A stretch of DNA of 64,000 nt. Origin: Macrostomum hystrix (lineage: Eukaryota; Animalia; Platyhelminthes). This document shows, in pieces, positions 1 to 12,297 of the stretch (position 1 is its first letter; each line of letters starts with the position of its first letter). The stretch is from NCBI GenBank assembly GCA_950097015.1, contig CATNEN010000001.1:18538001-18602000 (forward strand), in the 5' to 3' direction. The notes beneath the pieces are model-generated. The model saw only the letters and a program-made list of their open reading frames with translations. It was not told where the DNA came from and did no database searches. A program made the translations under genes and the position numbers.

Positions 1-452
1 TCCCATTAACCGACTGTGAAATCCCATTAACCGACTGTGAAATCCCATTAACCGACTGTGAAATCCCATTAACCGACTGTGAAATCCCATACCCGTCTGT
101 GGAATCCCATTACCCGACTGTGAAATCCCATTAACCGACTGTGAAATCCCATACCCGACTTTGAAATCCCATTAACCGACTGTGAAATCCCATTAACCGA
201 CTGTGAAATCCCATAAACCGACTGTGAAATCCCATTAACCCGACTTTGAAATCCCATTACCTGACTTTGAAATCCCATTAACCGACTGTGAAATCCCATT
301 AACCGACTGTGAAATCCCATTAACCGACTGTGAAATCCCATTAACCGACTGTGAAATCCCATTAACCGACTTTGCAATCCCATTAACCGACTCTGAAATC
401 CCAACCCTGACTATCGAATCCCAATAACCGACTCTGAAATCCCAATACCCGA
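1..452. repeat. 21-bp minisatellite (GAAATCCCATTAACCGACTGT)n in an intron of the PDK1-like gene
   Basis: About 21 tandem near-identical units; lies just past the GT donor at 483 on the minus strand; explains spurious ORF 69..404. Confidence 0.95.
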
Positions 453-483
453 GGTGAACTGAAGTGGTTGCTTAGCAACTAAC

Positions 484-2254
484 CTGTTGCCTGCAGAATC
501 TGTGATACGGATTTAGCCTCTCTTGCTCGCGACGCAGTCTCTCAGTTTCGTTGGCTTTGCTCTCGCCGTCCATACCATGCTGCTGCTTCTGCTGCTGATT
601 CAATTCGGCGTTAAGCAATTGTCTTACGCCCTGGCTGTAGCCCAGAGGAACGCTGGCCCAGTCAACGGACTGGTCGGATGCCGTGACAGGTGGCAGATTC
701 GGTGCCAACTCAGGCGGTCTGATGGCGGTCAGCTGACCGAACGGCAGGCCGAAGAAGAAGGCGTGTCCGCGCACCGCGGCGAAGCCTCCACGCTCTGGCG
801 AGCCCAACCGGCTGCTAGGGTCCTTTACCAGCAGATTCGACACCAGATCCTTGGCTACGGAGTCGAACTGGTCGGGAAAACTGTAGGTCACACCGACAGC
901 CTGTTGAATGACGCTGTAATCGTCGCGACCACGAAACGGAGGCCGACCGGATAGGAACTGAAATAGGCAGCAGCCGATGGCCCACAGGTCCATTGTGTAC
1001 AGCACGGTGTGGTCTCCTTTGGCAGTCTGCAGCAGCATCTCAGGCGCAGCGTAGTGCGGGGTGCCTGCGGATGGGATCCGGGTTGCAAGGTATGGGATAT
1101 TGGAGTGCCATTCAAAAGGGATTTGAAAGTGTTAGATCATATGATATTGCAGTTGAAGGATTTCAAGTGTGGCATCATGGGATATTGGACTGAGTGGGAG
1201 CTGAAATTCGGGAATATGGGATATTGGACTGAGTGGGACTACTTGAAATTTGGGATCATGGGATATTGGACTGAGTGGGAGCTGAAATTCGGGAATATGG
1301 GATATTGGAGTGAGTGGGACTACTTGAAATTTGGGATCATTGGATATTGGAGTGAGTGGAAGTTGAAATTTGGGATCATGGGATATTGGAGTGAGTGGGA
1401 GTTGAAATTTGGGATCATGGGATATTGGAGTGAGTGGGAGTTGAAAATTGGGATTATGGGATATTGGAGTGAGTGGGAGTTGAAAATTGGGATTACGGGA
1501 TATTGGAGTGAGTGGGATTGAAGTTGGCATCATGGGATATTGGACTAAGTGGGAGTTGAAATTTTGGATTATGGGATATTGGAGTAAGTGGGAGTTGAAA
1601 TTTGGGATTTATTTAGACATTTATTGGAGTGAGTGGGAGTTGAAATTTGGGATTATGGGATATTGGAGTGAGAAGTGTGGACTCACCCGTATAAGAAGGG
1701 CACCTGGGAAATCCGGTAATGAAAGCGCTACCAAAGTCGCCCAGTTTAAGCTGGAAGTCTTGCATCAGATAGCAGTTCTCAGGCTTGACATCTCTGTGAA
1801 CGATGCCGATACTGTTGAGGTACTCGCAGGCCTCTAGCAGTTCGCCGCAGTAAAATCTTGAGCAATCGATGCTAAAATTGCCCAACTTTCTGATCCAGGA
1901 CAGAAGTTCACCGCGAGGGCAGTAGGTCAAGATGAAATACAGTCTTTCGCTATCCTTCATAGTGCAGATGAGTCTAACGAACAGTTTGTGATCGATTCTA
2001 GTCAGCGCCTCCTTCTCTGTCATGATGACATCCACAGCTTTCTTTCGCATTATGTTGCTCTGATCACACACTTTAACAGCAACTTCATTGTGTACAATGG
2101 TGCTATTCTCAACTATTTGGGCCATGTAGACTGAGCTGAATGTGCCTTCGCCAATTTCGCGACCCAGTTTCAAATTGTTTGGGGTCCATCTTAGGCCAGC
2201 AGCGGCGGCGGCAGCTGCTGCACCATTAGCGCCCGAAGCCTCATTGGTTGTCAT
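484..2254 (-). CDS. PDPK1: 3-phosphoinositide-dependent kinase 1-like AGC kinase, partial. Exons 2254-1687 and 1064-484; continues beyond the left window edge
   Basis: Motifs IGEGTFSSV, VAVK, EKEALTRIDH, HRDVKPEN, DFG; GTPHYAAPE is created by the in-frame splice G|GC; DLWAIGCCLFQFLSGRPPFRG; LRREQERLNPYHRF matches the linker before the PDK1 PH domain; donors gtgagt at 1686 and gttagt at 483. Confidence 0.85.
1090..1672. repeat. 27/30-bp minisatellite (GGGATATTGGAGTGAGTGGGAGTTGAAATTT core) filling the PDK1 intron
   Basis: Tandem units visible across intron 1065-1686; source of the repetitive ORFs 1009..1521 and 1132..1533. Confidence 0.95.
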
Positions 2255-2714
2255 GCGTACTGAAGGCAGCAGTTGATTGATATGTATTCTGATTGGACAT
2301 AATAACATCTTATTCATTTTAAATATAACAATTGAACAGGGCCAATTTTCAACTTGACAGGAGCAGTTTTTGTGGAAAATTATGCAAGATAAAGTTAATA
2401 TAAATAACACTTGTAGTTCTATCATCTAGATAGACATTTAGATAGAAAATTATTCTATTAATAATATAATTAATTTAAAATACCGATCATATAGTCAAAA
2501 AATCTTAGAGCCACTTTTTAAATGTACTTGAGCCATCAAAAACATATGACCAACTTTTAGGCCGCATTAGCCTCGAGAGCCGCTGAAAAGTTAGGCAACT
2601 TGCGCACAACTTTTTACACACTTTAGACACTTGGTGATGTCATCTACTAAGTCATATACACTGATGTCATATACAACTACTAAGTTTTTCTATGCTGAAA
2701 TTATATATTTATTA

Positions 2715-4850
2715 TTCTGGTCCCAGGTCATTGTGGTGGCAAGACATTTCAGTGACAATCATTTTGGTGACAACTTAAGTCATATCAGTGACAGAATTGG
2801 TCATTTCAGTGACAACTTTTTTGCACCTGGAATCTGGATATGCTGAGAAAACAGCCTTCCATGTGAACTATGCACACCTATAAAGTATTATTAAGTCAGT
2901 GATAGTGTCAACTAGTCAGTGATAGTGTCACTAAGACACTTAGTGATGTCATCAGGTGATGTCAGCTCAGCTGCTTACCAGAATTTCCTATAGGAGCTGA
3001 AAACTGAAATAGCCAATCTAGAACCTAGGCAATCAAGAAACTTTTGAGCTTGTTCCTAATGGAAGCAATTGAGGTACAGCTCTTGTTGTTTCATTGAAGG
3101 GTTTCTGCTATGGTTTTCACCATTGATGCGGCAACTGTGAGCAGTATTGATGCACCCAGGATAATAGATGCATGCCTTGCTATATACCACATTGATACAA
3201 AAACCCTATAAACGTTTTATATGTGGCAGAAGTTGTCATTCTCATGATCCTCCACAGGATGCATTAGCTGTGCACAAGATAATTTGTGACAAAAAGATGG
3301 CTACGGTTTTGGACATTTTCAAGTCAGCAGCCAGCATTTCTGAGGAGTGCCTGCTTCAAAGTTTTAGCTTAAAGGAAGCCAACAATTTGCAGAATTTGGC
3401 AAATCTTGCCGGGGTGGCAAACCAATTTTGTGAACAAGATCGACCAAAAGTGCCAAGGCATTTGGATCTTGAGCTTGAGCAAGAAGCAATTCCCAATGGC
3501 TTCTTAAATGTCCAAGTTTGAGAACATTGGCACCTGATTTTTGCAATAGCAACAACTTACATAGTTAAGCAGATGTTCTGATGTCTACATGGATAGAATG
3601 TTTTTTATCATTAGACAGCCCTTTGTGCAGATTTATTTCTTTTTTGGATTTTTTGAGATCCAAATGACAAATAAAGCAGGCAAGGAAACTATTTTTTTGC
3701 TAGAAGACAATTTTATATTCAGAATGTATCATTAGTTCAATCTTCTCCCTGACCAAAGATTTAACTGACTGGTAAGCGAATGGGGAGAAAGGGAAAGAAA
3801 AAGGATAATACCCAATTACTTGATTACTATAAAGTTTGCTAGGATTAGCAAAGATTAGCCAGGACTAGGGAGGGCACTGGTGCTAGAAAAAAATCAGGAA
3901 ATTTAAGAGGAGGGTACTTGTCTTACTAAGAGCAGTGCATTGCATATATGATAATAATAGTAGACCACTATAGCAACATCACAATTGTGAGTGCTACACC
4001 AAGAGCAATGACTAGCCCATAGAACAGTGCAGTCAGGGCTTTTTGGCGACTGGACCAAATTTGAGGATAGAAATTGCACAATCCAGCAGCTTCTTAAAGC
4101 CTACACTCGCCTTGTCAATTCAAAACTTGAAAAATTATTTTTATTTGTATTCAATTATGAATGAATAATTATTGAAACTATTGACTACTCATTAAATCAT
4201 TTAATTTAAAGTAAAACCTAGACTCAAGCAGAGCCAGCTTCTATAGTATAGTATTAGCTTTGCAATTTTTCATTGGAGGTTGTTACCTTTAGGGCATAAA
4301 TGAATAACTATTAGAGCACATGCATGCAAATTAGATGCTCATCTAACAATTATCTAACAATTATTAAAATATATACTACAGATTTCAAGCTCTTTGTGTG
4401 GTTCTTCCTATTGTAGTATATACCAGACTTATAAAAATTTGGCTTTCTAATGCTTTTTAAAACTAAGAGGTTTATAGAAAATTTAAATATTTGTACAGTT
4501 TTAACAACATTTGTGATCAACAAGAATTATTATGAAAAAAGCATGTAGGCCTACTACGAGCTAATACTCGTATATAAAAAATAAATTAAAAGTAAAAAAA
4601 ACTTTTACAAGTAAAAAACAAAACAGCATATTGACATCACACATTGATTAAAACAAAATAGTATATATAATTACTTATTAACACCTTATAGGCATAGTTC
4701 ACATGGAAGGCTGTTTTCTCAGCATATCCAGATTCCAGATACAAAAAAGTTGTCACTGAAATGACCAATTCTGTCACTGATATGACTTAAGTTGTCACCA
4801 AAATGACTGTCACTGAAATGTCTTGCCACCACAATGACCTGGGACCAGAA
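2715..4850 (+). mobile_element. Degenerate Mutator-like (MULE) DNA transposon with ~159-bp terminal inverted repeats
   Basis: 2715-2873 is the reverse complement of 4692-4850 with about 3 mismatches; the TIRs contain CAGTGACA subrepeats; internal transposase remnant; no clear TSD found. Confidence 0.8.
3168..3715 (+). pseudogene. MULE transposase remnant
   Basis: HSHDPP...LAGVANQFCEQDRPKVPRHLDLELEQEAIPNGFL, then after stops/frameshifts HWHLIFA and VYMDRMFFIIRQPFVQ, resembling the invertebrate MULE motifs RP.dP.dLdFel...IP.gFl, RHLiFat and WyvDGTF...pF.Q. Confidence 0.65.
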
Positions 4851-5658
4851 CAATCAAAATCTAATTTCAGCAAAAAAGTTCAGCAGTTTAGCCAACAATT
4901 CTATAGCCTAGGATTGCTGCTTGCAAACAACACAAAATAGGCTGAGGCTACTTGCTATCTATGGCCACGAAGGCCTATACTAAATTATTAGTAAGTTATA
5001 GGGTATTTACTGTTTAGTATCTGTGATCTATGGCTGCCAGCGCAGCCAGCTTAGGAGTGCTGCACAGGAAAGAAAAACATTGAATAGACAACCAGGGTAT
5101 TTATTAAAATCCCACAGAACATATTTAACTGCTAGAATAAAACTACATGTGCCAATCTTAAAATTAACAATATTGTAGTTGTAGGATAACAGGCCAAATT
5201 TATTTATAAAAATCTGCAAGCAAATATTTACATATCCATTCTATGTATTGCATGACCTTTAATTTTATAATGAGAGCGCAGACGTACGGTTTTACGATAA
5301 ACAACATTTACTGACTTATAATCTGACTTATGAGTTCATGAGAGAGAGTGTAAACAATTTTTCACATGCACAGCCTAATTTCAAAGTTAAGGCCGTTTAT
5401 TTATAAAAATTAATTTATTTATAACTTGCTTTCCTTATCATTGTCGAGGTACATAGTGTTAATATATTTGTTATACTGTTACAATCTGTGCAATTTAAAA
5501 ATACGTTTTTCTATAAAACGTTTCCCTACTCCGAAAACGGTACTAAAAAGAAATAAATGCTTTTTGGCCAGGAAACAGCAATTTTTTTTCATATATTTTC
5601 AGTTTTCAGCAGGGAAAAAATATCGGCACTAAAGCAGCTTATTTTCGCCTTTTCGATA

Positions 5659-6985
5659 ATGTTTATTCTTGATGCAGCGAAAGATGGAAATGTAAAAAAA
5701 TTGACAAAATTACTCCTCAAATGTGATAGTCCCCTTGATATTTTTGACTCATCAAAAAAGTCAGCACTACAGTTGGCAGCGAAAAATGGTCATGTGGAAA
5801 TCGTGCGGAAGCTAATTTCAGCGGGAGCTCAGGTGGACTGGCAAGACTGTCGTGGTTGGACGCCTTTGCACGAGGCTGCTGCATTCAATCGATACAATTG
5901 CGCACGGCTTCTAATGCAAGGATTTGCAAATCCAAATCTGCGCACTATTGGAGAAGGCAACTCTCCGCTCCACCTTGCCTCAGAGAGGGGATACAATGAG
6001 GTATAATTAACAGCGTGGATCGAAATGTTCATTTTTCATCACTTAAAAGTATTAAAAGCTTATTGAAAGTACACTTATACAAAAGTAATGTGCAAGTGAA
6101 AGTAAAATTGAAATTAAAGTATTGCGATATACATAAATTATAAATTATCATACTTTCTAGAAGCTACTTAAAGTTAAATTTTGTTTACGCAATAATTGTA
6201 ACCGCGCTGATCGCAGTGTTTTTATTTGTAAAAGTTGAACTATCACTATATTTCACCAAAATATGCAGGTGGTCCTGTGTTTAATAAGCAGTGGGAAAGC
6301 TGACTGCGACCTTAAACTGGCAGATGGTCGCTCGGCCGCGCACAAAGCAGCTCGCCAAGGTCGCTTCAAGACTCTTCAGCTGCTCTGCCAGCTTGGAAAC
6401 GCAGATTTGAGCTTGCGCGCGTACGACGGTCAGACTCCGCTGCATTTTGCGACGCTTGTAGACGACAAAAAAGGTAGATGTGTCGCTGAACTACTCCAAG
6501 TTGCCGGCGCAGATCCCAATGTTGTTGACTGCAATGGATTCTCTCCGCTGCACCTAGCCGCTATTTCTGGACGCGAGGAAGCTGTTCGACTGCTTTTGCT
6601 GGAAGCCTGCCATGCCAGTGTCGGCCTGAGAACAAACGGAGCTGATGGCCTGAACGCCGCAGAGCTTGCCGCTGGCTTTAGACAGCTCGGGGTGCTTCTA
6701 CAACTACTAAGACACTCGCACAGCCGCACTATGATGCTTGAGATTGCTGATGGCCCCAATCTGTTTGGTGCGTTTCACATGAGCTCATTGGCCTTAAATA
6801 ATAATAATTGCAGGAGGGTTGCGGGCAATGGCTCATCAGTTGGTAACACCAGACCCGCAGCCAGCGAGGAGGCAATTCTGCCCATTTCGCTGACTCCTGA
6901 GCACATACTCACACAGATACTATACGCAGGCATACGCTCACACAGGTGGAGACACTGCCATCATGACTTTCTCATCGTCAGATAA
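5659..6985 (+). CDS. Ankyrin-repeat protein. Exons 5659-6000 and 6269-6985; 3' end uncertain
   Basis: About 8 ankyrin motifs (SALQLAAKNGH, TPLHEAA, SPLHLAS, SAAHKAA, TPLHFAT, SPLHLAA); phase-0 GT-AG intron 6001-6268; the last ~60 codons run through an antisense SINE. Confidence 0.85.
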
Positions 6986-7197
6986 GTCTACACTTCTGTG
7001 TCTTGGAGTTCGGCCCTCAAGGGCATTCATTGCACGACAAGCCCCAAACCTTCATTAATTTAATTAGTTTTATTTAATTAGTGCCCGCTTACCTAGCACA
7101 AGGCGGCGGGGTGGGTGCCTGGGGTGGGTGTTTACACCCAATCAGCAAGCGCTGATTGGACACGGCAAACATGTTAACCGCTCTGCCACCGATGCCC
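6797..7197 (-). mobile_element. SINE family A copy (tRNA-like head)
   Basis: Reverse complement begins GGGCATCGGTGGCAGAGCGG (A-box-like), shares its body with 20510-20812 and 12705-12845, and ends CCCTCCTGCAATTATTATTA. Confidence 0.7.
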
Positions 7198-7513
7198 TTT
7201 AATGGCCCTGAATTGGATTGTTCAAATGATATAATATAAATTAAAACTTTTTGAGACTGATTTTGTTACAATACGCACATTTCCTACACAATGCTCAAAT
7301 TTCTGATTGTCACAACGATGAACTAATAGACGCCGTGCCATTTAGTTTAATAAGCAATCTTCATGAAAACTTTTTAAGATCGCACGCAATTGCAACCAGA
7401 GGCCTTTGAAATTTTGCGCCGGATTCGAACGCACTTTAGTAAAGATCTAAATCAGTGCACAAGCTCATCAATCTGGTATTTCCTGCTTTGGCTGTTGTTG
7501 CTGCTAATTATGG

Positions 7514-9403
7514 ATGATGGTATGTATTAATTTTGCATTAAAAATTCTCACACTGAAATCCAACAGCTACGAACGTCAGATAGACGAGACAGCACTGAGC
7601 TGTGATCTCCACTCCGCCATGAACACAGCGGGATTCACCGAAGCCCGAGCTGAAATGCAGGCCAAGCTTTCAGACGCACTGCAAGACATTGTCAGACTGC
7701 GATGGAACGATAGATGCCACATTGTGGGTAGCTACAGCGACGGCTGGGGAAACAGTTTGAGTCGCATGGATGGCGTTACGGACGCTGATGCGGACATCGA
7801 CCTGACGCAGATTTTGTGTCCCAAAAAATCACAAATTCATATTGATGGCGCTTGTCGCTGCATCGGATCTGCTACAATAAAATACATAAATGGGCATGTT
7901 GAACATACAGGTCAAGGTAGGTCTGAGCAACCTTGGTCACTATTGATTGTATATTGCCTATAGTACAATTCCGAATACGTTTGACATTTGACCACAGAGT
8001 CCAGTCCAGCTATTGAGTACGCGGCCTCTCCCATGCGACCAGCAGTGGACATCATCCGAGCACTCCCCTGCTGCCAGTATCCTGAAATCAAAGTTCTCAA
8101 CGAAGGTTACCATTCTCACATTGCCTCCGCAACGATCAAACTGCTCATTGCCATAACGCAGGATCCAAAGATGCCGTGTCATCTAGTTTGTGCTGCTCCA
8201 TCTGGAGAAGAAAGTCAGCAGATGAGGGTCAGCACCAGCTTCTTGGAGCGGAGGCTGATGCGAAGCTTAACTAGCGTGCAGGGACAGGTGTTTGTACTGC
8301 TCAAGTACTCGCTGAAGAGACTGCTCTCAGAGAGGGCCCACGGCATCAAGACGTACCACGCAAAGACATTGCTTTTTTACATGCTTGAATCCACGCCACG
8401 CGATGACTGGAAGCCGACATGTTTAGTGTCGAAAGCAAAGGAGGGTCTGCAGATGCTTCTCGACAGCTTGAAGGAAAGCCATTCTGAACACGACCAGTGC
8501 ATGCGGCACTTTTTTCTAAGAGATGCCTGGCTGTATCTGAAGAAGGATAACAGTGGCAAGAAAATGATCGAGGAAGCCCTGCTGAAACTCATCGATCGAT
8601 TTCCTCAGCTGATGCTAAAATTCATAGATACTCTTCGCCCCCTTAGGGGTGACAGGCTGTTTGAATTTCATCCGTTTGTCGTGAATCCCGAGACTCGGCT
8701 ACATCAAACACTTCAAGAGTCCGGGGAGTTTTTCTATCACGACCTGCCGGATGTTGTAGCAGAAATTCTGCTGAGTTTGTCGCGCGACCGGCGGGGCTGT
8801 GAAAACTTCCAGATGAACCAATTGTTGGAAACTGTTCGAAGGATTCCAGATTTTGCTCGTACCGCTAGAGAATGTCTGAAGATATTGACGCATCTGAAAT
8901 TCGGAGAGCAAGATGCAGCAAGATCATTGCTTATAAGGGCCATAGATCATCATCCTTCTGATGGAGTCAGCGCAACCGCAATCTCAATTAAGGAACACCT
9001 CGAGAGCAGAGACTCCGCATGGAAGTTCTGTCTCTGGTTTAGTGACAGGTCACCGAATCTCGATTTTCTTCCCGATCGATTCAAGCGAACAAAGCGACAC
9101 TTTTTAACAAAACTGCAGCTAGCTCAGCTGCGGTTCATCAACTTCTCGGCCCTGATTCGCTGCCTCTGCCTCGATCTGGATTTAGCAAACTCTTCAACAG
9201 CCAGTCAGTGGTTTGAGGAGACCTTGCACAGCGACAAGCCCGATGTTCAGCAGTTGCTAATGACGCTGGAGTTCTGCGCCGATGTTTCTCAGCTTTCCAG
9301 ACTGATCGACAAGCACCGGGAGATTGTCTGCGACCTTCGAGTTGCCAGGCTAAAGATTGTCGAGCTGCTTGCGTGCAATGTGAGGTCTTTTACGATCCAT
9401 TAG
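7514..9403 (+). CDS. Mab-21/cGAS-like receptor (cGLR) nucleotidyltransferase. Intron 7917-7997; exact start uncertain
   Basis: NTase signature IVGSYSDG...DADID, third acidic residue in AVDII, Mab-21 C-lobe motifs MRVSTSFLERRLM, VFVLLK, IKTYHAKTLLFY, CMRHFFL; the phase-1 splice joins ORFs 7514 and 7988. Confidence 0.8.
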
Positions 9404-12297
9404 AAATATTTTTTAAAGCATGTATGTTTCCGTTTTGAATTTATTTTCTATTCCTGAAATCATGCAAAACGCAATTGTTCGTTAGCTAAACACTACTATA
9501 AAATAGGGTTTTGCCATAGACAAAAAAGTGGGAAGCCTAATAAAAAAGAGTTAACAGTAAGGCTGTACGGTTGGCTTCAGAAAATTTCATTCAGTCGAAT
9601 GTTAGTTTGATCATATTTCGCTATGCAGATCGAATACTCTATAGAGAAACGGAGGTTACAAATAGGGGGTTAAGAGTTAGATTTTTCGTGCTACGGCCAC
9701 GAGGTCAAATAACCACTTCGGCCGAAATTGCCACCTATCATCTAATCTACATGGCATATACTTTTATACTTGCTTTTGAACTATTTACTTCCGTTGTCTT
9801 ATCAGCTGTCTTAATCATCGCGAATTTCAGGCTACTTTGCGAAGCAGGAGGGCACATCAGGCTCTCGAGGCTTTGGAAGCAGAGCTGACTCATTGCTGAC
9901 TGCACTTGGTCCTGAATCTTGATGAATGATGGCAGAGATTTTTTTGCAGAATTTTCTGCACACACTACTCATGTAATATAGTGCTGTTAACTCCTCGCGG
10001 TTCATGATCTTGATGTGCTATTTAAAATATAAAAGAAAAAATCACATTCTTTATCGAGGTAGTAAAGAATCTACTAAAGGACAAAATCCAATTGGGCTGT
10101 GCATTGAGCTGTACTGTAATGTTTAGCTCATTTAGGGGAAATTATCAATCCCTGTACAGGGGACGCTTGAATTCTGGAACACACCTCGAATGCGGGTACA
10201 CATTTAAGTTTTTATTTTTGATAGAATAAATTCTAGAGAGGCGAAGTTAAAAAGGACAGATTAGTCAATCGATTCCTATACAGAAAAACTCCTATGCGAC
10301 GCTTCGAAATTCGATAAAAAATTTCTACTTATGTTCACGACAGCAAATACCAGATCTTCTTAAAAGTTCTCCTTGATCAAGACATTCAAATGTCAATGAA
10401 GTGTATGCGATAGTAAGAAACTCTTAACAAACTTTAAGCGTTTTAGCATCTTATCTCATGCAATTCTGACTTATACGACACATTTTTGTACTAATTAAGG
10501 CATGTTTTGTTACATTAGGTGCTTTTATTATATTTTAAAAGGTACATTGCTTCGTAGAAAACCTCGAGCATCAGTGCTAATGAGATTTTCTCTGATAATT
10601 ATGTCGACGGACGAAATTCAAATACTGTTGTATAGTGCCTAGTCCTAATTAATGGTACTTGTACTTGTACTAAATTGCTCCTAGAAGTGAAATTATACAG
10701 TATTCTATATATATATTTGAAATGAAATCTGGAAAAATTCTTACTGTTCCTTACTGTTTTAGCCAGTTTTCTCAAACCATGTCTGAATTGTTGCAACGTA
10801 CATTTTACGGAACAAAGCAAAATGAAAAAAATTGAACGAGAAAAAGTTACTACGTTAAGATGGTATTTATTACAGTACCAAACTTATTGTTTCCTTCTCG
10901 TTTTAAAAAGAAGCAGCTAGAAAATAAAAATATATTTTATTTATAGCTACTAAATACATTGTTTATTTGTAACTCATTTAAAGCATAGTTATCTCTATAT
11001 AATGATAAACTTTGAGTAATAATCATAACTGATAACTGTAGATCAAATACTGAATAACATAAGTAATCCTACTGGCTATGATTCACATACTGATCTGTTG
11101 CATCATATGTTTTTCTGAGGCAATATCTTGATTGTTTTATTGCTGCAGTTTAAATGTATGTAACTATGTCAATTTATTATTTAATTTGAGCTGTAACCTT
11201 TTCCTTTCATAGCTAGAGGCTTTTAGTAGGTTGTATGTTGTAGGAATATTGTTTATTATTATAATTTATTGTCAATGAAGCTCTTAAGGTAGCAGGTAGG
11301 GTACCACAAAATAGCCAGGCCTTACTTAACTAACTTATTATTGTTTAAATTAAAGTATCATTTCAAAAAATTCTGAATAATATAATGTTTCTAGTTTAGT
11401 AAGCAACAAATACTTTCAGCCCTACTGTGTTACTAAAATTATAGCACAATATTGTCTAATGCTTTCTAACTAAAACTGAGGCAAGAATATCTTAGACTAT
11501 AGTAAATACTAGTCAACCCAAGCATCTTTTAATTATCTTTGCATTTTTGTGTCTTAAATTGAATGACTATGAACTGAAAGTGAGAGGGTATAAATTAGGT
11601 TTTTGAAAAATCAATCTAGAGATATAACTTTTATAAATATATATTACTCAAAGTCTAATCGAATCTAAAAAAGGTGTTTAAATTGTTTAAATTGGTATTA
11701 TTAAAGTTACCAAAAATTGTTTAAATTTTGCCCAATAAATACAGAACAAATAAACTTCATAAAAATGCTAAATAGTTTCTTATTTAAAAAGTAATTATTT
11801 TTGTTTCTTATAATCAAAATTTAACAAAAATGATAGAAATATTGTATTTTAAATCTTAAAATCATTTTATTAAAATATTTTACGTAATGTCTAAAGTTTT
11901 ACAAACTTTTTTCAATGGTATTAAGACCTAGTTGCTGAGTTTTTTCATCTGACTATTGTACCCAAGTCCATAGGCTTGAATTTGCAATGGAGTCAAATTT
12001 ATTTGTGGTACAGCATCTGGGAGAAGGCTAATCATTTCAAATTTAAATTTATGTGCATCAGGACCAGCTTTCCAATGTGTAGTCAGTGAGAGTTTAAATT
12101 GCCTGCAAATGAAAAGGTCAGGGCAGATGTACACATCTTTTACACATGTACACACTAAAATTTATTTTTTATTACAATTTATTACAAATAATTAAGAAAT
12201 GAATGCTTTACAGATCTGCTGACCATTATAATCTACACAGAGGTCGCACTAACAAAAACGTTAATAACTGACCCAGCCTAAAAGGCAGATAGGAAGC

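Noticed and set aside
69-1837. Repetitive ORFs (MGFHSRL, GIMGYWSEWELK)
   Set aside because: Intronic minisatellites of the PDK1 gene
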